Assembly: GCA_000996025.1 (NCBI GenBank)
Contig: LBYF01000004.1
Location: 1-51,276, forward strand
Direction of reading: 5' to 3'
Source: Parcubacteria group bacterium GW2011_GWA2_40_14
Lineage (GTDB): Bacteria; Patescibacteriota; Minisyncoccia; Phycocordibacterales; DATDWN01
Length of the DNA: 51,276 bases
Made by a program: the position numbers and the translations under genes. The notes beneath the pieces were generated by a model that had not been told where the DNA came from, ran no database searches, and saw nothing but the letters and a program-made list of their open reading frames with translations. The first letter of the stretch is position 1; every line of letters begins with the position of its first letter. Of this stretch, positions 20,170 to 28,822 are shown one piece after another.

Positions 20170-20499
20170 ATGAGTAAAGAAGTTGCTGAAATCGTTGGTG
20201 CCATGTCTGCTGGAGTTGCCAGTCGTCATGTCGCCGCCGAAATTCTTCAGAAAGTTGCAGAGCATGGAAGCTTCGGAAGCTTTCCAAGCGATGTGACTTG
20301 TGAAGAAGTTGGCCGGGCACTCTTTCGGATCGCGATGAACTCGCCTTCGAGAGACCCTCTCATGGACATTATGAGTGGGTATCGTGCCGCTGAAGCGGAA
20401 TACCAGCGACGCGCGGAAGAAAGCCACAATGAGTCCGTTGCAGAATTGCATCGGGATCTCAGAAGGCTCAATCCACGCTGGCCTAACCCGCCCAGATAA
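20170..20499 (+). CDS. Hypothetical protein (GC-richer, SD-led)
   Basis: GAGGAGGT RBS; TTGACA-17-TATACT promoter at 20011-20039; terminator-like hairpin about 20528-20560. Confidence 0.6.
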   Translation: MSKEVAEIVGAMSAGVASRHVAAEILQKVAEHGSFGSFPSDVTCEEVGRALFRIAMNSPSRDPLMDIMSGYRAAEAEYQRRAEESHNESVAELHRDLRRLNPRWPNPPR

Positions 20500-20705
20500 A
20501 ATACTGGATGTATTTCTTATCTTGGCAAAGCCCGACGTAATTCGTCTGGCTTTTTCTTTTCCCGGTAGTAGAAGTTGGCATTGCATGGAATATCGTGCAA
20601 GAAAAATAAATGCCAACTTCACTACGGGGTTTGTCTAAATAATTTATAAATTTATACGGAAACTATAATTACCCACAGAATTCTATACAAGATTCCACCT
20701 TGTAT

Positions 20706-20749
20706 CACATACACCTATCATACGCTATAGCGTATGATAGGTGTATGTG
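20706..20749. repeat. 44 bp perfect palindrome, family F1 (solo copy)
   Basis: cacatacacctatcatacgcta|tagcgtatgataggtgtatgtg. Confidence 0.95.
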
Positions 20750-20808
20750 TAGTTTGAAAGTATTGAAACATTTTAACATTGAAAATTGATTAAAAAAGAT
20801 GGCACTGA

Positions 20809-20947
20809 GCAAAATCTTCCACATACACTTTTTCGGAACATCCACATCCCTCCCCAGTTTTTGAAAAAACTGGGGAGGGAGAGGACAGAGCAAACTTTTG
20901 GCTGGAAAAGTTTGAGTTTCTGAAGAAGTGTGTGTGGGAGATTTTGC
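20809..20947 (+). repeat. Structured MITE-like repeat F5 upstream of rpsB
   Basis: GCAAAATCT/AGATTTTGC ends, outer stem with G-U pairs, internal 15 bp hairpin, GCTGG-loop hairpin. Confidence 0.8.
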
Positions 20948-21001
20948 GACGGTCTAACCATTTGCGGATAATGCCAAGTTCTGCTAGGATATACCCTACA
21001 T

Positions 21002-21727
21002 ATGTCAAAGACACAGGAAACTTCAAATACGGAAAATAGCGTTGTGGACGCCCTTTTTTCTGTCGGGGCGCACTTTGGATTTGTAAAATCTAGACGACAT
21101 CCGTCGGCAAAACCCTTTATTTTTGGGGTTAAAAACAAGATTGAGATATTTGACCTAGAAAAGACCTCCGAAGCTCTCCACAGTGCCCTGGAATTTGTGG
21201 AGACTTTGGGTTCCAAAAATGCTATGATTCTATTTGTCAGTGGCAAAGAAGAGGCAAAAAAAGCCATCGTCTCTACGGCAGAAAGTATCACTGCCCCTTA
21301 TGTCGCTGGACGATTCATTGGAGGAACACTAACCAACTTCCCTGAAATCCGCAAACGAGTGGAAAAAATGGAGCGTCTCGTTTCAGAAAGGGATAAAGGT
21401 GAACTTGCAAAGTACACAAAGAAAGAACGGCTCTTGATTGACCGTGATATTGCCAAATTAAAGGAATTTTTCTTTGGCATAAGCATAATGAAAAATCTGC
21501 CCCAAGCTCTTTTTGTGATAGATGCCAAAGCAGAATCAATTGCAGTCAAAGAAGCCAAAAAAATAGGTATTCCTGTAGTTGCCCTCTGTGGCACAGACAA
21601 CGATTTAAGCCAAATTGATTATCCTATTCCAGGAAACGATTCATCAAAAGCAAGCATTGAATTTTTTCTCCAAAAAGTTGCAAATAGTTACAAAATTGGC
21701 CAACTAAAGAAAGAGGAAGTTAAATAA
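21002..21727 (+). CDS. rpsB: 30S ribosomal protein S2
   Basis: GAHFG, RFIGGTLTN, IPGNDSS. Confidence 0.97.
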   Translation: MSKTQETSNTENSVVDALFSVGAHFGFVKSRRHPSAKPFIFGVKNKIEIFDLEKTSEALHSALEFVETLGSKNAMILFVSGKEEAKKAIVSTAESITAPYVAGRFIGGTLTNFPEIRKRVEKMERLVSERDKGELAKYTKKERLLIDRDIAKLKEFFFGISIMKNLPQALFVIDAKAESIAVKEAKKIGIPVVALCGTDNDLSQIDYPIPGNDSSKASIEFFLQKVANSYKIGQLKKEEVK

Positions 21728-21769
21728 GTATTTATTCGTAGCCATTCGTGTATTAATTCGTTATTTCGT

Positions 21770-22228
21770 ATGACTATAACAACAGAACTTGTCAAAAAGT
21801 TGCGTGACGAAACCGGCATCTCTGTCATGCAGTGTAAAAAGGCCCTAGAAGAAGTTGGGGGAGATATGGAAAAAGCCAAAGTTTTTTTACAGCAGAAAAG
21901 CGCTGAAATTAGTCAAAAGAAAGGCGACCGTACTCTCGGGGCTGGTGTTATTTCTTCTTATATTCACGCTACCGGCAATGTTGGCACTATGATAGAGCTT
22001 CTGTGTGAGACTGATTTTGTGGCTAAAAATGAGGAATTCAAAAGTTTGGCTCGTGACATAGCTATGCATGCCACAGCCATGAATCCGGAGAACGAACAAG
22101 CTCTTCTTGTTCAGCCATTTATCAAAAATCCTGAAGTGACAATAACGAACTTGCTCCAGTTGGCAGTGCAGAAATTTGGTGAAAAAATAGAAATTTCACG
22201 CTTTATTCGATATTCTGTTTCGCAATAA
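21770..22228 (+). CDS. tsf: Elongation factor Ts (short form)
   Basis: VKKLRDETG.S.M.CKKAL, ELLCETDFVA; follows rpsB. Confidence 0.95.
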   Translation: MTITTELVKKLRDETGISVMQCKKALEEVGGDMEKAKVFLQQKSAEISQKKGDRTLGAGVISSYIHATGNVGTMIELLCETDFVAKNEEFKSLARDIAMHATAMNPENEQALLVQPFIKNPEVTITNLLQLAVQKFGEKIEISRFIRYSVSQ

Positions 22229-22245
22229 TTTTTATTTGAAATCAT

Positions 22246-22626
22246 ATGATCACAATAATATTTTCATTATCTTGTTTATTTTTGTCTTTTATGCTTCTCT
22301 CAAAGATTTTTGAGATAAAAGTCAGAAAAATACACTTTCTATCAAATTTATTTAAAAAAGGTGACCACAAAATTCACGATTTTATAGAGCGCATACATAT
22401 AGTGATTTTCCGCTACAAAAAAATCGCTCGTATTTTCATTTTTGATTTTGTCCCTGCCTATTGTTACGAGCTTCTTGTTCGGATGAAAGATTATGTTTCA
22501 AAGAAATACTACGAGGCCGGCGACAACTTTCGTGGCCGACGGATACTGAAAAGTCGCGGTTCGGTATCGTTTTTTCTGGAAAAGCTCGCTGAAGAAAAAC
22601 CAAGCACGAATTCTCGTAAGGTTTAG
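22246..22626 (+). CDS. Hypothetical membrane-anchored protein
   Basis: 126 aa ORF with N-terminal hydrophobic helix. Confidence 0.6.
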   Translation: MITIIFSLSCLFLSFMLLSKIFEIKVRKIHFLSNLFKKGDHKIHDFIERIHIVIFRYKKIARIFIFDFVPAYCYELLVRMKDYVSKKYYEAGDNFRGRRILKSRGSVSFFLEKLAEEKPSTNSRKV

Positions 22627-22710
22627 ATTTGAATAAAGTCTCCAATGATGCTAGATTGATTGTGTTTCTTTTGTTTAGAAATTAGAAATTGAAAATTAAA
22701 AATTTCATCC

Positions 22711-22783
22711 GCCGCCTTAGCTCAGTTGGCAGAGCGTTACTTTTGTAAAGTAAATGTCCCCAGTTCGATCCTGGGAGGCGGCT
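22711..22783 (+). tRNA. tRNA-Thr(TGT)
   Basis: Acceptor GCCGCCT/AGGCGGC, D stem GCTC/GAGC, anticodon stem TTACT/AGTAA with loop TTTGTAA, T arm CCCAG-TTCGATC-CTGGG; CCA not encoded. Confidence 0.95.
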
Positions 22784-22819
22784 CTACAATGTTTTTCTTG
22801 ATAAGTCAATATGTTGTAT

Positions 22820-23953
22820 TTAGCGAACAGTCGCCTCGTAATTTTTTTTAGTAGCTTCTTCCAGCTTTTTGTGAATATTATCTATTTCGTTAGATGTTAG
22901 TGTACGGTCAAGTGAGCGGTAGGTGATACGAAAAGCATAACTTATCATACCGCTTCCAAATTTTTCTACATTCTCATATTTGTCCAGAAGTTCTACTTGC
23001 TCAACGATCTCCGGCGCAGTTTCGCGCACGATATCAAAATAATCATTAGGAACGAATGAATTTTTTACTACAAAAGAAATATCGCGGACAATCGGAGGAT
23101 ACTTGGAAACTTCCACAAATTTTGTTCCCAGTTTGAGCTGTTTTGTTACCCGCTCGTCAGATGACCAGAGGAGCCGGATGTCCGGGAGCTCCATGGAAAT
23201 AATCGCAAGTCGCTCCAAACCGAAGCCGAAGGCCCAACCATTGTATCCTTCAATGCCCATTTTTGAAAGCGAACTCTTTTTGGGCATCCCGCCGCCGAGA
23301 ATCTCAATCCATTCTCCATTGACTTCCACTTCCACCTGAAGCGATGGGTCAGTGTACGGAAATGTGTCATCCAAAAAGCGATATTTCACATTTTCACCGA
23401 AGAGACTTTTGACAATCTGCGAGAGGACTTTTCGCAGTTCTTCAATGGGTACAATGCCCATGCTGTCGGGTTGCAAATACAATCCGCCGAACTGGTGGAA
23501 AATATTCATGTGCTTTCTGTCAATTTCATCCTTGCGGAACACTTTGCCATAGCAGACGACACCCACAGCTTCCCCTTGTCCGATTTTTTCTTTGACCTCG
23601 GGAAGATTCAAATAGTAATACCACATGACGGTATCATGTGTGCGCAGGACATGCGTATCATCCGCATAATACGTATCCGACTTGCTTCGGGCCGGATGGT
23701 CGGCGGGGAAATCAAACAAATCAAAGAGTATTCGAGTGTCAATTATTTCCGGAATGTCGATATCGTCAAAGTCTTTGAGTGAAGGCGTGCTTTTGGCCTT
23801 TTCCACAATGTCGCGCAGCGGATTTCCTGGTGTGCGAGAAAGGTCCGGCATGGCCAAATAGCGCTTGATGCGCGCCGTCTCGGCATTCTGCCGCATCTCA
23901 AGCTTTTTCAATATCTCTTTCTCCTCGTCTTTCGAGGCGATGTAGTAGGCCAT
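22820..23953 (-). CDS. pheS: Single-chain phenylalanyl-tRNA synthetase (catalytic domain + ferredoxin-fold anticodon-binding domain)
   Basis: DHPAR..SDTYY, LRTH, FRKDEID..H...FHQ, FPYTDPS, GWAFGFGLERLA, then YPPIVRDISF...YRSLDRTLT..EI (FDX-ACB); start ATG 23953. Confidence 0.9.
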   Translation of the reverse strand: MAYYIASKDEEKEILKKLEMRQNAETARIKRYLAMPDLSRTPGNPLRDIVEKAKSTPSLKDFDDIDIPEIIDTRILFDLFDFPADHPARSKSDTYYADDTHVLRTHDTVMWYYYLNLPEVKEKIGQGEAVGVVCYGKVFRKDEIDRKHMNIFHQFGGLYLQPDSMGIVPIEELRKVLSQIVKSLFGENVKYRFLDDTFPYTDPSLQVEVEVNGEWIEILGGGMPKKSSLSKMGIEGYNGWAFGFGLERLAIISMELPDIRLLWSSDERVTKQLKLGTKFVEVSKYPPIVRDISFVVKNSFVPNDYFDIVRETAPEIVEQVELLDKYENVEKFGSGMISYAFRITYRSLDRTLTSNEIDNIHKKLEEATKKNYEATVR

Positions 23954-24077
23954 ACATTTAGAATACCGAAAATGAAGAAAAATAAGAACTTGACAAGTAA
24001 GTCGTAAGTATGTTAGCATGTGAGCTAGAAATCCTGACCGTATTTGGCAGGTGTATTGAAAAGGAAGGATGATACCG

Positions 24078-24761
24078 ATGTCACCATTGGCTACGTCTAC
24101 AACCGTCACAGATCGCGACCCGAAAGGCCTCCACTTCATGCAGAAGTGTGCGGCAGTCTACAACAAGGCTGGTCTCGATGAAGATCAGGCTCAGCAACTC
24201 AATGAGGATCCCGAGTTCGCAAAGGAACTGGCGATGCTCATCGACAAACGTTCACAACCGGACAATCGTTTCGAACTGATCAACAGCTTCGAGATTACGG
24301 TCCCGGCTGACTACGTTCACGCCACTCGCCTGACCAGCTTCGGCAAAGCGCACAAAAAGAAGTTTTACTACTACAATCCTGAATTGACCGACGCCAACTT
24401 CGCTAAGACACCTGCACTCGTTCCCGGCAAGAAATTTCTCGTCAAGGCGTTCCAAATCAAAGGACGCGTCACGTCGGATGACTGTCTGACTCAGCTCAAG
24501 CGTGTCAAAGCAACACTCATCGGCGCTCAAGGCGCCAGTCTGGCCTACGAACAGAAGAAAGACGAATTGACGGTTTCCCAGTGGTCACTCTCTTTTGATG
24601 AGAAGGACAACCTTCCTTTCGTTGACGGCTACCACAGGGTGCCGAGCGTGTACCGGGTCTCCGGTGGCGGTTTCGGGTTCGACCTCGACGGCTTCGAGTA
24701 TGATTGGAGCGACCGCTACGTTCTCCTGGCCTTCTGCGACTTGCCCGCCGGCGAGGCGTAG
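24078..24761 (+). CDS. DGR target-like protein with C-terminal variable region
   Basis: C-terminus HRVPSVYRVSGGGFGFDLDGFEYDWSDRYVLLAFCD is A-poor and NNC-codon rich; followed by hairpin and a DGR RT remnant; SD AAGGAAGG, start 24069 or 24078. Confidence 0.7.
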   Translation: MSPLATSTTVTDRDPKGLHFMQKCAAVYNKAGLDEDQAQQLNEDPEFAKELAMLIDKRSQPDNRFELINSFEITVPADYVHATRLTSFGKAHKKKFYYYNPELTDANFAKTPALVPGKKFLVKAFQIKGRVTSDDCLTQLKRVKATLIGAQGASLAYEQKKDELTVSQWSLSFDEKDNLPFVDGYHRVPSVYRVSGGGFGFDLDGFEYDWSDRYVLLAFCDLPAGEA

Positions 24762-24820
24762 ACCTTGGACGCTTGGTCACTCTGACATTGTTCTTGTATT
24801 TCTTTGGCTCTTTGAGCCCG

Positions 24821-24850
24821 GCCCCTGCTTCACCGCGGGGGTCTTTCTTT
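24821..24850 (+). terminator. Hairpin downstream of VR (terminator and/or DGR homing hairpin)
   Basis: gcccctgc-ttcacc-gcgggggt followed by ctttcttt. Confidence 0.55.
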
Positions 24851-25047
24851 ATCCAAAAATTTTATATACAATGACTCCGGATTTTCGATCGACATGCGAC
24901 AACAGGTTTTTCTGAAATCTCATGACTCGGAATCTCGTTTTAGGAATTTTGCCAGTAGTCTGTCGGTTACGTACTTACGGATGTGTGCAATCCTTTGCGA
25001 AAAAATAAATAAGTCGGTGCATCATACTATCGAGCGAATCAGTTTTT

Positions 25048-25695
25048 ACACACAAGGCTCTCGATCGGTTCAAAGTCTTTGCTGGGAAAGTTTCAAAAAA
25101 TTATACGCGCACATGTTATGTCCTGAAATGTGATATACGAAAATTCTTTGCCTCGATTGATCAAGAAGTAATGATAAAAGTGCTTGATAGACATGTTGAA
25201 GATCCGGAAATTAAGTGGCTTATTGGACAAGTGTTAAAAAGTTTTCACACAACAAAAGAAGGAATAGGTTTGCCTCTTGGCAACTTAACATCGCAGCTTT
25301 TGGTAAACGCGTATATGCACGAATTTGATGCGTTTGTAAAACAAAAGCTTCGAGTAAAATATTATATCCGCTATGCGGATGATTTCGTTTTTCTTTCGCC
25401 AGATAAAGGATATCTTGAAGAATTATTGCCAAAGATTGATTTATTTCTTCGAGACAAACTCCATCTCTCGCTACATCCCGACAAGGTGTACATACAGTCA
25501 TATACTTCCGGTATTGACTTCCTGGGTTGGACTCACTTTCCACATCATCGAACCATAAGGACGAGTACAAAAAGAAAAGTGCTCAAATCTCTTAAAGGAT
25601 ATCCCCGACCTGAAACTCTTAATTCATATCGAGGACTATTGAGTCATGGCAATACGTACGAAATCCAAAAGAAGACAGGAATCAATGTGCGGTAA
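25048..25695 (+). pseudogene. 5'-truncated DGR-type reverse transcriptase
   Basis: In frame from 25048: THKALDRF..KVSKNYTRTCYVLKCDIRKFFASID..GLPLGNLTSQ..RYADDF..GIDFLGW. In-frame stop at 25006-25008, and no RT N-terminus. Confidence 0.85.
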
Positions 25696-25749
25696 TTTTT
25701 GTCAATTTAAGCTTGTTTTGAATAGGTATTTTTGATATACTGGAAGTTC

Positions 25750-27855
25750 ATGGCAAAGGTAAAAGAAGACAAAAAGGCAGAGAAAACAAGTAGCTATGGA
25801 GCCGAACAAATCACCATATTGGAGGGCCTAGCGCCGGTGCGAAAGCGTCCCGGAATGTACATTGGTACTACTGGACTTGATGGCCTCCAACATCTCATAA
25901 CAGAGATTTTTGATAACGCTCGGGACGAAGCTATGGGTGGTTTTGCAAACGATATTGAGGTCACACTCCTTCCGAACAATCGTGTGCGAGTAACGGACAA
26001 TGGTCGCGGTATTCCGATAGACATTCATAAGCAATCAAAAGTTTCGGCTCTAGAAACTATTATGACCACTCTCCACGCTGGAGGAAAGTTCGGCGAAGAT
26101 AGTTCCGGCTACAAAGTTTCTGGAGGATTGCACGGTGTGGGAGCATCGGTTGTCAATGCCCTTTCTATATATTGTAAAGTGACAGTTCACAAAGATGGTG
26201 GAGTTTATATGCAGGAATACTCTCAAGGAAAGAAAAAAGCTAGTGTTAAAAAAGTTGGCACAACAAAACAGCATGGTACTATCGTCGTTTTTGAGCCAGA
26301 CCCAGCTATTTTTCCAGAAATTGCTTTTGATTTCCAAAAAGTTGTTGACCATTTGCGCCAGCAAGCATATTTGGTCAAAGGTTTGCGTATTACGGTCAAC
26401 GACGCGCGTGAGACACAAGAGAAAATCAAGGAGGATGAGGTTTTCAAGATAAGCGAACTCGGACTAGAAATCCCTAGTATGTCATTTTATTTTGAAGGGG
26501 GACTCTTGTCGCTTGTAAAGTTTTATAACAGTACTCAAAAGCCGATTCACAAAAATATTTTTTATGTGGAAAAGAAGACAAATGAATACGAGTCGGTGGA
26601 AGTGGCTCTCCAATATGTAGATGATATTTCTTCTCGAGTTTTGCCATTTGCAAACAACATTTATACTGCTGAAGGTGGTACGCATGTTACTGGTTTTAAA
26701 ACTGCACTGACTAGAACTTTGAATACATACGGTCGTAAAAATAATCTGATAAAAGAGAGCGAGGATAATTTCACTGGCGAAGATGTCTTGGAAGGATTAA
26801 CTGCGGTTATATCTGTAAAACTTCGGGAGATTCAATTTGAAGGACAGACTAAATCCAAACTCGGCTCCGTAGAAGCCCAGAGTTCGGTCAATACTGTTTT
26901 TTCGGAAAGTTTCTCGTATTTCTTGGAGGAAAATCCGGACGATGCCAGAGCTATTATTATGAAAGTAATTTTGGCCTTGAGAGCACGAAAGGCCGCAAAG
27001 GCGGCAAAAGATTCCATACTTCGCAAAGGGGCATTGGAGGGAATGACACTTCCCGGAAAACTTGCAGACTGTCAAAGTGGCACCACACCTGAAGATGCAG
27101 AACTTTTTGTGGTAGAGGGGGATTCTGCAGGCGGTACGGCTAAAACTGGTCGCGACAGACGAACACAGGCCATATTGCCTTTGCGTGGAAAGATTTTAAA
27201 CATTGAACGTGCTCGTTTGGACAGAATGCTTGAGTCAGAACAAATAAAAAACTTGGTTATCGCTCTCGGCACGGCTATCGGCGATACATTTGATATTTCC
27301 AAATTGCGTTATCACAAAGTCATTATTGCCACAGATGCTGATGTGGACGGCGCGCACATCCGCACACTCATTCTGACGCTCTTGTACAGATTTTTCAAAC
27401 CGCTTATAGACGGAGGATTTATTTACATTGCTCAACCGCCACTTTATAAAATAAAAAAGGGCAAAGAGATTCATTACGCGTACTCTGATGATGAAAAAAT
27501 GGCAGTGGTGGGCGACCTGCCCGCAGACATCGCAGACGAAACGCAGAATGACGCAGAAGTAGAAGTGGAATCTGAAATCGAGAAAGAACAAGCCGAAGGC
27601 AAATTAACATTAGGCGAAGCTACGACTGTAAAAAAATCGAAAATCTCAATCCAGCGTTACAAAGGTCTCGGTGAAATGAATGCCGAAGAGCTATGGGAAA
27701 CAACCATGGACCCCGCTCGTCGCATCCTAAAACAAGTAACCATCGCCGATGCTGTCCTAGCCGACAAAGTTTTTGATATCCTCATGGGCTCTGACGTCCC
27801 ATCCCGCAAGTCGTTCATCCAATCCAACGCCACCAAAGCTACTCTGGATATTTAG
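25750..27855 (+). CDS. gyrB: DNA gyrase subunit B
   Basis: VRKRPGMYIG, GGLHGVG, VEGDSAGG, PLRGKILN, DADVDG, QRYKGLGEMN. Confidence 0.97.
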   Translation: MAKVKEDKKAEKTSSYGAEQITILEGLAPVRKRPGMYIGTTGLDGLQHLITEIFDNARDEAMGGFANDIEVTLLPNNRVRVTDNGRGIPIDIHKQSKVSALETIMTTLHAGGKFGEDSSGYKVSGGLHGVGASVVNALSIYCKVTVHKDGGVYMQEYSQGKKKASVKKVGTTKQHGTIVVFEPDPAIFPEIAFDFQKVVDHLRQQAYLVKGLRITVNDARETQEKIKEDEVFKISELGLEIPSMSFYFEGGLLSLVKFYNSTQKPIHKNIFYVEKKTNEYESVEVALQYVDDISSRVLPFANNIYTAEGGTHVTGFKTALTRTLNTYGRKNNLIKESEDNFTGEDVLEGLTAVISVKLREIQFEGQTKSKLGSVEAQSSVNTVFSESFSYFLEENPDDARAIIMKVILALRARKAAKAAKDSILRKGALEGMTLPGKLADCQSGTTPEDAELFVVEGDSAGGTAKTGRDRRTQAILPLRGKILNIERARLDRMLESEQIKNLVIALGTAIGDTFDISKLRYHKVIIATDADVDGAHIRTLILTLLYRFFKPLIDGGFIYIAQPPLYKIKKGKEIHYAYSDDEKMAVVGDLPADIADETQNDAEVEVESEIEKEQAEGKLTLGEATTVKKSKISIQRYKGLGEMNAEELWETTMDPARRILKQVTIADAVLADKVFDILMGSDVPSRKSFIQSNATKATLDI

Positions 27856-27858
27856 TTT

Positions 27859-27924
27859 ATGAAAACAGTTTTAATTACAGGAGTGAGTCGGGGGATAGGC
27901 AAAGCATTAGCCCAGAGATTTTTG
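27859..27924 (+). pseudogene. N-terminal stub of a short-chain dehydrogenase/reductase
   Basis: MKTVLITGVSRGIGKALAQRFL (TGxxxGxG), after which similarity ends; ORF stops at 28038. Confidence 0.7.
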
Positions 27925-27982
27925 ATATACAGGTTAGTAGCGTACGGAATTTTTTGTGATATTATTATGAAGGAGGTGTTTT

Positions 27983-28195
27983 ATGAAAACAAGTCGCAAA
28001 ATTCTTCAAACGGAGTCCTGTCGATGTCTTTATTGTAACTTTTTTGTCCATCATACCGTAAAGGGGCAAAAAATAAATAAAGATATGCTTATGGCTTTCC
28101 ATTCTGGAAATGCTGAAAAAGGAGAGGTGCTTTTTGGTCTCTTGGAAACAATGCATAAAGAAACTGTGATAGAGGCATTAATGAGAGGAGGTTAA
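27983..28195 (+). CDS. Hypothetical small protein (CxCxxC)
   Basis: AGGAGGT RBS, 70 aa, terminator immediately after. Confidence 0.55.
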   Translation: MKTSRKILQTESCRCLYCNFFVHHTVKGQKINKDMLMAFHSGNAEKGEVLFGLLETMHKETVIEALMRGG

Positions 28196-28225
28196 AGTCC
28201 AGCAAAGAATTTCTTTGCTGGACTT
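28195..28225. terminator. Hairpin between convergent genes
   Basis: aagtccagcaaagaa-t-ttctttgctggactt. Confidence 0.7.
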
Positions 28226-28243
28226 CTCTGTTCTTGCTTGATT

Positions 28244-28804
28244 TTATTGTATTCCTGCTTGCCAGTGTTTAAGAGATTCAATGGGATGAATAAGCATTAT
28301 GATATTAATTGTCAGGTTGTCGCGGATGAAATACAAAAGCAAAAGTTCTATTAGCACTACAATTCCGAAGCTTACTTTTTTGGGAAATTTCCATGCAGCA
28401 AAAAATCCAACTGCCATGGCTATAATATCACCCACGCTATTGAATATACTATCACCGTAATAATCTAGAGAAATTGTTGCCTCACGGTAGCGGTTTATAA
28501 CATAGTCTGTGTTTTCCAAAATCTCCCAGGCGCTTTCCATGCCAATAGCTAGTACAAATCTCTGCAAGGTGTTTAAACGTCTTCCAAAAGCAAGCCAAAG
28601 TAGAAAGTAAAGTGCAATGCCATGAATGATATGTGTAAATGTGTATGGGTCGGCAAACTGCTGTGACTGTTCGCTACTCATCACGTCCGATGACCATATA
28701 GAAATCACTTCGCATTTGCAAAAAGGAAGCCGTCCCATGGAAAAGAGTATGGCGATTGAAATCAGGATAATCACAATCGATATCAAAATATATTTTCTAT
28801 ACAT
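28244..28804 (-). CDS. DUF2585 (UPF0314) membrane protein
   Basis: MGR.P.C.C....W......SQ..AD.YTFTHIIHG, WEILEN, Y.GDSI.NS.GD. Confidence 0.85.
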   Translation of the reverse strand: MYRKYILISIVIILISIAILFSMGRLPFCKCEVISIWSSDVMSSEQSQQFADPYTFTHIIHGIALYFLLWLAFGRRLNTLQRFVLAIGMESAWEILENTDYVINRYREATISLDYYGDSIFNSVGDIIAMAVGFFAAWKFPKKVSFGIVVLIELLLLYFIRDNLTINIIMLIHPIESLKHWQAGIQ

Positions 28805-28822
28805 CTATTATATTATCAAGGA

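Noticed and set aside
23954-24139. N-terminal extension of pheS in the ORF track (similarly prfA 17835, smc 39984)
   Set aside because: The extension runs through promoter or repeat DNA (for pheS also the divergent gene) with no family similarity; downstream ATGs fit better.
24762-25047. DGR template repeat or avd gene
   Set aside because: No similarity to the VR, no AAC-rich tract, and no ORF resembling Avd.
25048-25695. Group II intron or retron RT
   Set aside because: LGNLTSQ motif rather than PQG, no maturase/endonuclease extension, no domain V/VI seen, no VTG retron motif.
22711-25740. tRNA-Thr-anchored integrative element
   Set aside because: No integrase and no duplicated tRNA 3' end found.
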